This document shows positions 1 to 13,929 of a DNA stretch of 64,000 nucleotides, in pieces. The notes beneath the pieces are model-generated. The model was given only the letters and a program-made list of their open reading frames with translations. It had not been told where the DNA came from and searched no databases. This stretch comes from Owenia fusiformis. Lineage: Eukaryota. The translations under genes and the position numbers were made by a program. Within the stretch, counting starts at the first letter, position 1. The number at the start of each line of letters is the position of its first letter. The stretch lies in assembly GCA_903813345.2 (NCBI GenBank), contig CAIIXF020000001.1, positions 20,956,001 to 21,020,000 of the forward strand, in the 5' to 3' direction.

Positions 1-1889
1 AATTAAAAATAGTTAATCGACCAATTAACTAAAAATTGGGTATTCTCAACCAGCTACTTGATTTTCTATATCTGTTCGTCTAGTAATGATAATGACTGAT
101 ATACCCTTTCATACCAAATAGCATATCAGAGAATAAGATAATGTTTCCCGAGTTTGTGGGCCTCGTTCATCAATCTCGATCTTACATTTTCATCAAAACA
201 GAGGGTTACCATTAGAAATTCTAGAGAACAAACGATCTGCAGAATTTGTATTTATCTTTGTTTTGGCCTATCAAATTTGGTACATTTGACATTTGACAAG
301 CATTACTTTTGTTTATTAAGAGCTGCATTCCATACTTCCGATTTATTTACTTTTTCAGCATATTACATACATTTAATACAATATACCAATCAGCTTGATA
401 TCCCTTTGGATATATAAAGCATTTAATTACACTATTTTGTTATAAAATAATGACTTGTTCATTACACCACTTCTTGCTGAATCTTAAAAAACAAAAATAA
501 ATCAAAATTTGAATAAGGAAAGAAAGTGGGAAAATGAGATATGCTTTTAGAAAGGGAGAGAAACTAAAACCAGTATCTATATTACATGATCATTTCACAT
601 CATGAATTTAGATTGTGATGGTGAATATCATTGTGACTGTAATGGTGAATATGGACAAAAAGCAAAGGTTTTCAATCTACGTGTTCAAAGTCACAAGAGA
701 CTGTTAACAAACCCGGCATCCAACAGTTGAAGGTGGAACACAGTCACTTCATTAATCACTCTAATTTCAGTGATTGGCATCGAGGAAAGTAACCTTCAAT
801 CAACAACACTTTGAATAAAAATGAACAGTACAGCACTACCACAAAAGTCCAGAAACATTTGGGAGATATATTCTACAATAGTATGCATACCCTAGAATGA
901 AGGCATGCCCTATAACCTGAGACCCAAGATCAGACCAGGATGCCATATCCAAAATAAGAGATATCCGGTCCCTTACCCAAGACGCGTATTGTATAATGCA
1001 CTACGTGTCACCTTACCACAGACATCTTGAATCGGACCAAAGACAGCAAAGAAATATGATGTTTTACCTTTAAACCTGTTTTTTTTCAAAGATAGCACAA
1101 ATGAAACATCATATAAAATGTAATTGAAAAAAGCTTACGAGTTGTTGACCCTTGGGAATGTCAAGAATTCAGGTCGGGTTACCTATGCAACTACTTACTA
1201 TAATATGAATTCTGATTCATAATTGCCAGACCATCTCTTAACCTGTCATAACAGGCGACATAAAATGCCAATGATATAACGTCTCTTAAAGACTAAATTT
1301 TAACCAATACTGTATTGTAAAATTGTAAAATGTATTTTTATCATGTAACTGTACTGTAATTGTTTTTTGCAATTGCTTTAACATGCTTATTCTTTAAAAT
1401 AAATAAATTATAAAAAAAGAAAAGAACTGTGACGCATATCGTTTTAACGTTGACAACATCTGCTTCAAATGGGCTTATTAGCCTATTGCAGATTATTGAC
1501 ATAGACATATAAAAATAGACATAGACAACAGAAGTGGGACAGAACAAAGTCATTGACTTTGCATTATCTTAATGAGATCCTCGTTAGATAAGTTCTCGTT
1601 CTCAGCCAAACCAATTGCAAATCATGACTTCGCATGGCATTAATGTTTCCATCAAGATCTCTTTCAAAATGAACATGCGGATTATCAGGTACAAGAAACT
1701 AAATTAACATATCACCGTTGTTCTAAAATTGCTAGGTGAACGACAGGAAGGGTGGAGACGGGTATAATTGTGACATATCTTGTCGGTGGGGCAAAACAGG
1801 ACGAGGTCGGGGTACTTTGGTTGGACATTGATTAGGAGGAAGAACTTAACACTGTTCCACAGCTGGATGACTGCAGTTAGCTTCATTCA

Positions 1890-2222
1890 AGATGGTTGCC
1901 GAAATTCTTTCGATTTCGATAAACCTCCGATTTCAGCTAAACTAAGTAGAATCTGGATGTTTCGCCATGCAAATTAATAAAGCTACGATGGTAAATAACC
2001 ACAAATAAATGCTGAAACAACCGCGATCGCTATTGGAGAATACTGGAGTTGATGATGACTTTGCTCTAAACTGCTCTAATATTGCTGGTGTTTGGGCATT
2101 CATTTGTGGTTGAATACAATCGTAGTTTTATTAATTTGCATGGCGAAACTTTTGAAATCAAGATAATTTAGTTTAGCTGAAATCGGAGGTTTATTGAAAA
2201 CGAAAGAATCTCGGCAACCATC
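1890..2222. repeat. Degenerate foldback/MITE-like inverted repeat
   Basis: ~1890-2008 (gatggttgccgaaattctttcg...aaacctccgatttcagctaaactaa...gccatgcaaattaataaa...aaccacaaat) is the imperfect reverse complement of ~2100-2222. Confidence 0.6.
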
Positions 2223-4814
2223 CCAATGCCGTGATTGTCCAGCCAATTTGCTTACCGGCAAATGACAAATGACCCTGTGTAAATCCTCGACGATTGTTAA
2301 AATCATATTTATACCGATCCAGGGATAATGAAATGTGGATGTTATATTAAACCGACAACATTTAATGATTTTGATAATACTTCATTTGTGATTCCTAATA
2401 ATTTGATTTTCAAAACAATGCTGTTTACAATCATCAAATTCAACATTTGATAATTAGCTCGGTTGGTTTGATGGCAAACATATTTAACAACAAGCATTCT
2501 AACACGCAACTAAAAGTTCAATTGAACAATGGAAATGAGCAAAACCATAACAATACCACCGCCTTCAGGCCTTGGGAGGCCTGTTCTCAGGATTTTAGTG
2601 CTGGTTCAGAAGGCTAATATTTTACGATATTGACTTGAGCAATAGCGGAGCCATAGTGCTGGGTCATAGTGGTCATTATCCCCCCTGGTCCAGGGCCGTT
2701 GGACGAAGATTTCACAATGTTGCCCTTTGAATTCAAAATAAGGTATTACTATGTATCTCATACTTGAGTGGGTTTGGGGTAGATATCACCCGGGAATATA
2801 TATCATATCTGAGGAGCGGGCAGGATATATTGTATATGTCCCGCTCCAGGCCAAATGCGGCAGATATAATATATCCATCTCGCTCCCGGGAATTTTTTCA
2901 AAAGTTTTAAAAAAAATTTTAAACATTCAAAAAGTTTAAATGGTACAATTTCATTGTATTGAACTAAAGGAATATTACGAAAATGTTAAATAAAAATTGT
3001 GCTTTTACAGTATTGGCCTATCTTGTCATTTGAAAAAGGTGGAACTGGTTATATCACTTGGGGAGATATGAAATATATCTCTCCGGATATACCCTATATC
3101 CAAAACCTCCATGTACATAACCCTTATATTATATTGCCTTCAAGGAATTGACGAAAGCAAGTTGTATTTGAAAAACTGATTTTACCACTCAAGTGTTTGT
3201 GTTATTTTGAGATTGGGGTCTAAACTTAGGAGTTGATTTACGATTCGATACATAAATACCGATTTCGAGAAAAAAATGAAAGTAAAGCAAAAGTAGAGAC
3301 TTCCTGTAAATTCGAGCTGATTATTTGATAATTGCAACTATACAATTGGAGTGGATTCTTTTATATGACTTGACATTTTCGACTATCTTAATTATTTGAC
3401 ACTGGTAAGTGGCATCCAATTACGTAATCTGGCACTCGACAACTATAGTTATCGAAGATTTAATAAGAAATTGAGAATGGAAGTTGGTATACCAATTACG
3501 GGGTAACATGACATAGCTTACTTTAAAATCGTTTTTCTCTTGATTTGTAAGACGAACCGACGAATACAGTAGATACGTCAAAATATCAGCACATCGTTGT
3601 AAATGAAGTTGAAAATAGAAATAGGTACATATTTCTGAAGAACAGTCGAACCTTAATCGAACATCTTTGCTCGCTAACGAGCACTTAGACTTTACTTGTT
3701 GACGTATCGAAAAAGTTCTAACGATAAGAGTACCAATTTGATTAAAAGCCGATCTGCAATGATTCCAAGAATAGATCCTGGTCTAAGTAATGTTTGAGAT
3801 GATTCCAGACCAGGATTCCCATTTCAACCAAGAGCAATTACATCATTCAATCCCAAAATGCCAATTATATCATTTTGAAGATGTAAATCACTGTTAAAAA
3901 TGATATCGGTTTTTACATTTACGATTTTTCTAAATCATTTTGCATTGACTTAATGTGATGAGATGATATTTAGCTGTCGCTTCATTTTACAGTTTGCATT
4001 TATCCTTGTTTTTACGGCGATTCTATCACACAAATTAAAGATTTTTTATTTACTGTATACACTAAAACAATGAAAATAATTGCACGTATTGATCTGATTT
4101 CAACCATGGTCCATGTTACAACTTCGTGGTAAAGTGTCATCTATATTCAGTCCCCTAGCTATCATTAGTTAAGTCATTTTTCTTCAAAGTACTTCATTTT
4201 TGCTTAAATTGATAATATTCATCATACATAAAATACCCTTTATGGCGCAGCATCTTTTCCATTCAATCGAGGTTGGGCCATGCGGCCGAATGTAAGCCAT
4301 ACAACCGAATTTGGCGATTCAATCTGACGGAGAATGCCGAGCCTCTCTTTTTGACCAATTAGAGACGTCCTCTTCACATTCGTGGTATCCTCGGCTAACT
4401 TCGTTTGCAAAGAAAATCTTCGGCAGCCTCCTGCTTTTCTTGAGGTATCTTCGGTTGCAAGCCAAAAGTCGACAAAATACTATATACCCTTGCTGCAATG
4501 ATGGGTTGACGTTGTACCCTCTCCTTACTGGAGATAGGAAAATCGTTAGTGCACTAACGATGGTCTTTAGTGGGTTATTATGACCACAGTATGACAGTCT
4601 GTGCCTCATTCTATACCAATGGAAAGCTAGGGCAAATATCTTTAATATGATACCAAGTTTTTAAGAATCCATCTATAGGTTGCGAAGTTACAGCTGCCTG
4701 AGACTCGTCATAAATAAAATTAATTTACATGTTAAACTCCCATAGAGATTTTCAGCGTTTTTGGACGTATAGTCTTCTCAAAATATTATAAAGAATAATA
4801 AGACCCTATGTAAT

Positions 4815-5264
4815 CCCAGATAGCACAACTCTGATGGGCCAACGTTGGCCCAACAATTACGTATCTGTTGGTCCAACGTTGGCTGACGTGGTTGGGCCAC
4901 CGTCGCTATGTCCATTGGCCCAACGTTGGCCGACCGAAGGAAAATATGGTTGGCCCAACGTTGGTCCGTTGTTGGCCCGACATGATGAAGCTACGTTGGC
5001 CCATAGTTGGCCCACTGGTGGTAAGAAGACTGGTTGGCCCATCGTTGGCCCACCGTTGACACAAATTTACTTTTTTTGTACAGCCATTGTTGGCTCCCTG
5101 GTATTAGCGGCATCCGACAACGGGGCGCAAACCAGCTACAATTTGCCAACTGCAACCATGCCACAACGGGCCAACGTTGGCCCATCTACAATTTGCCAAC
5201 TGCGATCATGCCAACCAATGGCCACCAATAGCGACGTTGGCCAGACGTCTCTGTGCTATCTGGG
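4815..5264. mobile_element. Non-autonomous EnSpm/CACTA-type MITE with internal palindromic repeats
   Basis: TIR CCCAGATAGCACA...TGTGCTATCTGGG, 2-bp TSD AT on both sides, many internal GGCCAACGTTGGCC-like palindromes. Confidence 0.8.
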
Positions 5265-7223
5265 ATGTACCATTTGAAAGCTGCCACTTTGCATTACATA
5301 ATCGAATGTGGAATTTTTGCCAATATATTCTGAAAAAAGGTTATTTAAGAACTACCACTATTTTTGAGTAATTTTTGGCTAAAAATGTCGGCCATATTGG
5401 ATTTTGACGTCATAAATGAAAAATACGATTTACATAAGTTATGCAAATTGGGTTGAAATATTGAAGAAGGACACTAACAATTTCTGTAAAATAATCCATA
5501 TATTCCTATTAGCTCTTCTCTTCAGAAATCACGTTTTAAAATTTTTTTTTATTTTTTTCCAAATTTTGCCAAAATCCTTCAGTAAGGAAAAAAACTTTTA
5601 TTGTCTTGTACATGTACCCAATGCACATAATGAAATGCGTGTGAGGAATAATGAAATCAATCTGAGCATACATTAATTTCTTTACTTTTGTCTACGAAGC
5701 AAACAATTATGCTCCGGATAAAATACAACTTCACCAAAATCAATTGGCTTATTTCCCCCATGACGTACGCATCTATTGTCCCGAGGGCAGAAACAAAACA
5801 GAACCGATAATTATGAAAGAGTACCGACATATAACTGAATTGTTTAATTAATTTCAACGATTAACAGAGTCAGATCATCGAAACCAAAATTTCTCGTCAA
5901 TCCTTGAATCATTAGAATAAATTGATGATCCAGTGCATGATATCAGTCCCTTTTGTTGATGGGGTTGGGTAGATATGCTGTGCAAGGAACTTTTTGTTGA
6001 AAAGATTGGATTGATATACGATATACTCTGTAAGAGTTGATGACCGCATGTTCGGTTTTTCTCTGCATCATCATGGATCAAAGAGTAGTAACTTCAAAAC
6101 TAGACTAGATAGTACTGAATTACAAACTTAGAGCATGTCAGCCGGAGATAAACAGTCACCCATGTACAATTTGTATGTAGAGCTAAAGGCTTTTGATGTA
6201 GATTGCACAACGACTTGAGATAACGTTACTAGCAATATACTCCGATTCTCCAATGTTATAAACACGATTAAGAAACGAGATGTAAGCATGCTATACATAA
6301 ACATTACAAAACTCATCTTTCAAAATGAGGAAAAAGTAACTAAAAAGAGATACACGTGTTTTGTTTTACGCTGAATCTGAAAGGTTTTATCCCAATTAGC
6401 GATCACTGGGTGAACCTGTTAACTAGCGAGTAGCGAGTGATCTTCATCGCCCACCTGTCCTGCTACCGGGTAATATATTCCGGTAACTGTTTTCAGAACC
6501 CGTTAGAATATCCGCAGGCTTTTCATAACTTTTGAAAAATGACCCGACTTGTGTAAGAAGTTTGGCATTATATTCTTTGATGTTAATGGTTGAAGGGGAT
6601 GTACATACGTAAATACATAACATCATTTTTAAAAAATTAGGCAAGTATAAAGGATAAAGATGCACTGAATACACCCGTTATAGACACCAAAGACGTCACT
6701 TATTAGAAAAAGTGAATGTTACACCCATTTGTTTTTGAAATCTTAACGGCAAAATGAGCACCAAACAAATGAGGTTGGAACCTGAAGCCTATGAAGTGTA
6801 CTTTGTGTATTTTTCTACATGTGCAGGTACTCTAGACATGAACAAAGCACGATATGGATGAACTGATGGATATAACATAAGAAACGTGTTTGAAATATTT
6901 TATCACAGCATTCTCGGTGCTATATTAATTATCGAATTACCTGGTAATCACTTCATTAGATTCATCACTCGAAGTATTGGGTTGCACTTTCAATGTATTG
7001 ATTTGCTCTTAAACCAATTCACTCTTTGATATAACAATCACGGAAAGATGAAGCTAACTGGAGTAAGCCTCATCCAAAATGGTGGACTTTGTATTTGAGT
7101 CAGAGTCATCATCCGATTTCGGAGATTTTTTGTAGTTAAGTTATTTACAATTGAACTTTTATTAGCTTACGTGGCGAAATATTCTGAGTTCAGATAGTAA
7201 ATATGAACATTGCTATATGTTAA

Positions 7224-7872
7224 AGAAGGAGGGAAAGTATCGCAACAGATTTCGGACAGTTATATGCTGGATTTTGGCTATTCTCTGAGGATTTAAACAG
7301 GTGCATATGTTGGATCAATGCATTACCTCCAGGGAAAGCACTCATAGAGATGATAAAATAATTTAGACTTTGAGACAGCGAAGATGCAAACAACCCACCC
7401 ACATGTTTTTTCTGAAATGTTGTCCTGATTTTCAACCCCTTCCACTCCTGCTTTTTCAATTTATTTTCAACCCCTTCCACCCCTGCTTTTTCAATTTTTG
7501 TTGCATCAATATGTTGCGTTTTGACACACAGTCAACCCCTTTAAATCCTTCGGGGATTTTAAAGATATCCATTATGGGTGACCAAAATCAGCTGAAAGCA
7601 ATGGATTGAATGAGTTTTCCCAATGGGAAATTAACATAGGAAATATTGTTTTCCACTTTATCTAAAAGGAATTACTTATTCCTGCAAAGGGGTTAACATG
7701 TGGGTGGGTTGTTTGCATCTCCCCTGTCTCAAAATCGAAATTATTTTATCATCTCTAGAAGTGCTTTTCTTGGAGGTAATGCATTGGTCTGACAACTGTA
7801 TGCTCCTGTTTAAATCCTCAAAATCCATCATATGACTGTCCGAAATCTGTTGCGCTACTTTCCCTCCTCCCG
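7224..7872. mobile_element. MITE with long imperfect terminal inverted repeats
   Basis: aggagggaaagtatcgcaacagatttcggacagt...gaggatttaaacagg...gcattacctcca...aacaacccacccacatgtt is mirrored by aacatgtgggtgggttgtt...tggaggtaatgc...cctgtttaaatcctc...actgtccgaaatctgttgcgctactttccctcctcc. Confidence 0.7.
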
Positions 7873-7879
7873 TTTATCT

Positions 7880-9390
7880 AGATGTACCAATATCATTGTG
7901 TTCTATACCCTTTGGATTCGTTCGACTTCACTTCTTAAAAGAGAGCAGTTTATAACTAGACTCTGCGAGCAGGGTAGGTGTTTTAGACATCAACGAACCG
8001 TTTTTGTAATATGTATATATTACCTTACACCATCCCTTCAACAAAACGTAGCCACTAATGATCCAAACTCTACGTGTCCAATCCACAAGAAATCATTTGC
8101 GATCAATAATCCTAGGCCTGTACCTTTGTAGTTATTTACCATACCTTACCTTACCTTAGATAATAACATAAATCAACTTCCAACTGCAGACAGAACAAAC
8201 GATATGCTGATTTATGTATTTATACAATACAGAAACGCTATTTTTCATTGAATTATTTTCCTTTCGAGTTTTCCAAGATAAACGAAGAAAATAAATATGC
8301 TACTTAGAAACATCAACCTACCTCGATTGGTTTCGCAGTTACGACCAGACACGTTCCTTGTCTTTTTAATCTAAATCTGAAAGTACCCTGAGTGCAGATC
8401 TTGTGAGAGATGCATTGGTCTCGGATTATTACCAAGATCTTCAAATGTCGACTTTCCTTATCCAATCTGCATAAGTTATCACTGAACCTCTCAAGATATT
8501 GTGAGTTTGGGCTGACTCAGCCTCAGATATATATTTTATGCTGTTGAGAGCCTAATTTCTAAATGCAGTTAGGTTGAATCGATGGTACATGAATTATATT
8601 GCCATTATCTCGTTTCGCAAGCCGCGGAGTTTCACATTCAAGTGTTTTATTCAAGCTAAATACTCTAAATGTCTGTTGCCTGTCCTCTTCACCGCGAACC
8701 GAGAAGCAAGTATGGATCTTCAATTCGCTTTTCAGCTTATATGTAGTCTCTTTGTGTTTCTTTCTGGGAATCAATTAATGCAAATGTAAAACATATATAG
8801 CCGTCAGGACAAACAACATCCGGTGCTTTAAGATTCCTAATAATTAAATACTCATGCAAGGTCGCAGACTATATTATACCCGGGGTAATACAGCGGGTGT
8901 GACGGAAATAAAGGTCCTCGGGTATCATTGTCCCCCTTCTATATCGATCTCATTGAGTTTAACCAAATGAGGTAATTAGTTGTAATTGGGGAAGTAAAGA
9001 ATGGAGAACGGGCATCTATCCGTTCTGCTGGTTCTTCACCCGATCCAATTTTACCACGACATTCTTATATTTAAATTCTACCTGTGATCTACTTGGAATA
9101 AAAGAATTTCTGTTTCACCTGAAACAGGGTGAGATCTCAGGGCTGAGAAGAAATGAGATGTCGTGGTTTATCACGATGTACTCTTTGCATTCGTTTGACT
9201 TCGTTTCTTAAAAGAGAGCTTCGTCTTAGTTTGTAACTAGACTCTGCGCGCTGGGTAGGACCATGGGCTTTCAATAGAAGGGTAGACAACTTCACTTTTG
9301 CTCGCGGAGTCTAGTTATAAACTGCTCTCTTTTAAGAAGTGAAGTCGAACGAATGCCAAGGGTATAGAACACAATGGTATTGGTACATCA
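7880..9390. repeat. Cluster of ~75-bp TACCCT...AGGGTA mini-elements (7906-7976, 9179-9257, ~9300-9365 inverted), same family as 21172-21253 and 50913-51290
   Basis: Shared core ttcgtt(c/t)gacttc...ttcttaaaagagagc...taactagactctgcg; 7880-7970 and 9300-9390 form an inverted pair including flank. Confidence 0.65.
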
Positions 9391-10429
9391 TAATTATGGC
9401 AATAGTAAAACTGAACATTCCCCCACAAATTATATTTTTTATTGGATTGTGTTCTTGAATAATTACCCACAATGCAAAACTTGAAGAGAAAATGTTGATA
9501 CCTCTTTTCCTTATTGGTCTTTTTGTTTATTTTTAAATGAGATTAATCATATTTCCTGTTTTAATCAAATTCAAAATTGATTTTTCTTCAAGATATATGC
9601 TATAAACATATACTTTAATCCAAATATTACCAAAAAAGGAAGCATGGCACTGCTCATTTTAAAGTTCTCATGTACTATCACAGAGTTTCATACCATTCTA
9701 AATAGCATAGCATAACATCAATGGAGATTTGGCCCAAGTTTTTTTTAAATGTCATGGAGAATGATTTAAATGACATAAATGTGTAAATCAAAACTATTAT
9801 TGTAGGAAACATATCACTGAATTCAAATATGCTATTAAAAAGAAAGAAAAGTAAGTCATTAGAGGTAAAATGTGCAAATCTCTTCAAATCTCATGAAAAA
9901 ACGAGAATTAGCGAGATTTCAAAATCATTTAGAAACTCCTCTATTGAATGCCCATGTTAGGACGAATAATCGTCCCCTGTAACTTAGGTTAAGTACAACC
10001 CTGCTGTACTTAAGCGTAGCCAACTTATGTGCTGTCGAAAAAACACATTAATATTCACATTTTAAAGTAAAAATAAAATGGTAATGTTTTGAAATGTAGG
10101 CCTACTCCTAAAGAAAACTTCCATTATATCTTTTAAAAACACCTTTAAATCAAAACCAGGCCTAACAGTTCCAATTGCATCAATGTTTTTGTTAACTGCA
10201 AAAGTTCGAGTTGATACGAAGATAAAATGTATTATAGAAATAGGGAAGTTGTGAAACTCAATCCAAAATCCTTAATCAGTCAGAGTTACCGTGTCTGCAC
10301 GAGCAGTTGTATTAGGGCTGATGTGTCAAATCGATAGGTTAAGGTGGCCTCCGTAGAAAGAATGTATTAGGTGTTCCATCAAAGTATAGTAACAATGGTT
10401 CCGATATATAAGTAGTTAGAATACGGGAG

Positions 10430-10942
10430 TTTGTTTATAGCTGAATCATCATCATTTCAAAATCATCTACAAGTTTTCAGAAGTTCAAATCTGACTTTAT
10501 ATTTAAGATTTGACCTCCAATGACCTTTTCAACGTCAAAAAAAGGTTAAAAGGTCAACAATGTCCTTTTTCAACTTGCTTCAAATTGACCCAATTTTCTT
10601 TATAGAGTTTCTTTATAGCTGAATCATCATCATTTCAAAATCATCTACAAGTTATCAAAAGTACAAATCTGACTTAAGATTTGAGATTTGACCTTCAATA
10701 ACCTTCTCAAGGTCAAAAAGGGTCAAAAAATATTTTTTCAAAATCATCTACAAGTTCTCAATACTTCAACCCCCTCTGATTATAAATTTGATATTCTCAA
10801 GGTCAAAGAAATTTGACCTTCAATGACCTTCTCAAGGTCAAACAGGAAGATATCAGAAATTCAAACCTGACTTAAGATTGAACTAATAATATTGTAAGCA
10901 ACTAGGTGTAGTGGTGACATTTTGTCATGTTAATGCCTTGTT
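10430..10942 (+). mobile_element. Fragment of Helentron-associated non-autonomous element (HINE-like) with ~135-bp satellite monomers; same family as 26763-28240, opposite orientation
   Basis: tttcaaaatcatctacaag / tttgaccttcaatgaccttctcaaggtcaaa monomers and the terminus gtggtgacattttgtcatgttaatgccttgtt. Confidence 0.65.
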
Positions 10943-12254
10943 TGTTATTTTGGTCGGGTCAGACTGTCATAGAATGCCATGCAATAGTCATAGTTTATCA
11001 AAAAGTGTTGGTTGAATATGTCTAAAACTCGAATGGTACTGTTAATGTACATGTATATTGGGCAATGTAAATGTATATTGTGATTAATCATTGACAATTT
11101 TGGTTGACGAACTAATAAACCAAGATTTTAAAGACTTTTATTATTGCATCAATGGAGATTGGATCCAACCTTTTTTAGAAAATTTGAAGAGGTCATGGAA
11201 AATTATTTGAATAAGATAACTGTAAAAATCAAAGTTAGTAATGTAGAAAAGTTTTCCTAAATATGCGAAGGAAAAGTAAGTCGATAAGTGGATTAATTTG
11301 TTAATCTCTTAAAATCCCAGAAAACGAGAATAAGCGAGATTTCAAAGCCGGAAACTCCGATTAAGAATTCCAATAACCTTTATAAGTTAATACCCATGGT
11401 TTTGATCATGATTAAAACTTTCCATCATAATTGATACGAAAGCATGGGAGAGCTAAATGTAGCTGATCTGGTCTAGGACCCGGGGATTTGGGTAGGCTTA
11501 ACAGAAGCCTTGTAAGTGGGAGATTTTAAGACGGCTCTAATAATGTACTTCGAGGCATAAGGCATTAATTCAGTCAGTTTGACGCATTCGAGACTGCTCG
11601 AAATTCTGAAGAGTAAATGAAATATGAATGTGCCAATCTAGATCCCTCATTTTCCAGATGAATTGAATGGTCTTAAGTGATCTGACATTAATAGACAAGT
11701 CTTCGATGAAGGCCTCTTTATCAATTCAATTACGACATGCTTTTCTAAACCAAGGACGTCTATAGATAGACGTCCTTGTCTAAACTAAGGCCAACTCATT
11801 TTTGGACGGCATTTCACCCCGTATAAAGAATTCTACACTCCCGCACAGAAGTCTAGCAATCTTAGCCCGATTGCCAAAGAGGGGTATGTATCTCCATTAG
11901 GATATAAATATATGGCACGAGCAAGCCGAATCCTTCGCGTTACGATATGTTTACTCTGCTCTTATATTATAAGAATATGGAAAAACTAAATATCAGGATG
12001 GCAACGGCGTGAAAATAAAAAAAGCACAAGAGAGTCGAAGAGACTAACTGCCGAGGAACTGCCGGCTTGTGCAAAACAACAACAAAGGACCGACTATCGG
12101 AAAACGAACGGCGGAGGAGTAGCCGATTTCTGCTTAAAAAATTCAACCAAGTCAACAACAAAAATTCAACAAATCCGCATGGTTTATTTTTCACGAATAA
12201 ATCGCTAAATGAATAGGTGCACAGTATGGTAAAATCTTAACTTATATATTAAAA

Positions 12255-12621
12255 AGGCGCAACGTCAACAACGTGAGTCAATCTTTTTCGCTAGAAATCA
12301 AGCAGTGGAGGTATACATGACCTGTTATAAATGCTAATAAATAACATTTTTTCAAAATGTAGGCCTACGCTGTGTTATAAATTACTTACAAAACGTTGTA
12401 ATTAATAATCGAAATTAAAAGTGAACGGAGGGGGAGTGTAATTCAAGATAGCTTCCCCCCCCCCCATCCCACCCTCTGTTCACTGCAATATTTAATAATT
12501 ACTTTTTCACAACGACATTCATTTTGTTGTTTAACCATTATTCTTTCCACTATTTACACTATTATTCTTTACCACTTCTTGATAAAAATATTGACTTTTG
12601 CATGCTGGTGACGTTGCGCCT
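12255..12621. mobile_element. Small MITE-like element
   Basis: AGGCGCAACGTCA (12255) and TGACGTTGCGCCT (ending 12621) are inverted termini; TSD not clear. Confidence 0.45.
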
Positions 12622-13629
12622 ACTTTGTTAGATCTCACACCCTAGAAAGTAGAAACATACCAGTTTAAAAAATATAGAAAACCTTGTGGCTTTAAACACT
12701 CAGACATATCAGTTTTCATCTTGAAGAGTGAACTGATTGGTTGTGTAATGAACTTCCCAATTAATTAACTTGAACCTTAGGTGAAAATTGAAATTAAGAT
12801 GGCCTACGTCTCGCTCAAACTTGTGAAAAAACTGTCCCTTGAGCCTACTTTAACCAGACTTATTCGTACGTTCTCGTTGTCGTTAACAGTCCATACTTCA
12901 CAATTAATCAGCTAAAGTAACCTAAAGGAACGAAAACAAATTCTAAATTGAATCACCTTTCTTGAACCAGTACATATTGACTTGAAACATTATTAAGTCC
13001 CAGGCGAACATGACAAATTCAAATTGAGTTAGCCTACAGAGTTAATGTTGATTTGTGATCCATCTCGGATCCTAATCAGCCCAAATTGTTTTGGGGTATC
13101 TTTGACTTTATTAGATTTGACCACATCCCTCGCTAATTTATAATGTTTGCAAATGCCTGATTCCAAGTGTCAGCTTGCTAGACTCGCATATTGATCGTAT
13201 TTGTTCTCGAGGATTTGATACTTGTATTGATATAGTGAAAAATGTAAACTCCTATTCTGATAGGAGACCCTCTGCTTCTAAAGCTTGTGAACGGCTTTGA
13301 TTTATCATAAGACAATACATATTCCCTAAGTAATTGGCATGTATTTGAGGAATAGAGCTATTGCTCGTGTTCTTATTTTCGTTATAAACCGTGTTTCAGA
13401 TTCGTGTCTCTATTTCAAATACTAAGTAGTGTTTGGTATGACATCTTTTCTATAGTTTTTAGCCTAGAATATTTCATACTTAAATATTTTTTCATACATG
13501 TCTAACCGGCTTAGACAAAGTGCTGATAGGAGTTATTTATTTACAGGAATTTATATTCGGTTTTATTACGAGGGTCAATATGACATTTCCCAAGGGCAAT
13601 ATTGATTATTAAGTGGAAATAGGACAAAT

Positions 13630-13695
13630 CCTTCAGATCGCTCGATTTTGTGAAAATGAATGAGACTGACGCGATGCCAACTGCGCTACCAAGGC
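13630..13695 (-). pseudogene. Truncated tRNA-Met pseudogene (retains intron remnant, lacks T arm)
   Basis: Minus strand GCCTTGGTAGCGCAGTTGGCATCGCGTCAGTCTCATTCATTTTCACAAAATCGAGCGATCTGAAGG then diverges; paralogous to 13842-13929. Confidence 0.8.
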
Positions 13696-13841
13696 AACAT
13701 GTGAACGAGATAATCATGTGACTAGTCAAGATGCTCCTTGATTTCTACAAAACTACTGTAAAACTTTAAAGAAAACACTAATCACATTTTGATCAGAACA
13801 CAATGCTTTTGATTTGTACAAATCACTTCAACAAAAGTGCC

Positions 13842-13929
13842 TGCCCCGAGTGAGGATCGAACTCACGACCTCAGATCGCTCGGCTTTGTGATTATGAGAC
13901 TGACGCGCTGCCTACTGCGCTACCGAGGC
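13842..13929 (-). tRNA. tRNA-Met(CAT): Elongator tRNA-Met (CAT) with a 16-nt intron at 37/38 (intron 13877-13892)
   Basis: Minus strand GCCTCGGTAGCGCAGTAGGCAGCGCGTCAGTCTCATA[ATCACAAAGCCGAGCG]ATCTGAGGTCGTGAGTTCGATCCTCACTCGGGGCA. Cloverleaf stems pair, A and B boxes present, TTTT terminator 5 nt downstream; variable loop 1 nt short. Confidence 0.9.

Noticed and set aside
4834-5371. Cluster of overlapping ORFs and CRISPR-like palindromic repeats
   Set aside because: Internal palindromes of an EnSpm-type MITE; irregular spacing, eukaryotic context, no cas genes.
500-6320. Scattered coding-like stretches (~600-1060, ~3450-3850, ~4280-4610, ~5760-6320)
   Set aside because: Multiple stops and no recognisable domains; probably decayed TEs, cannot be supported by eye.
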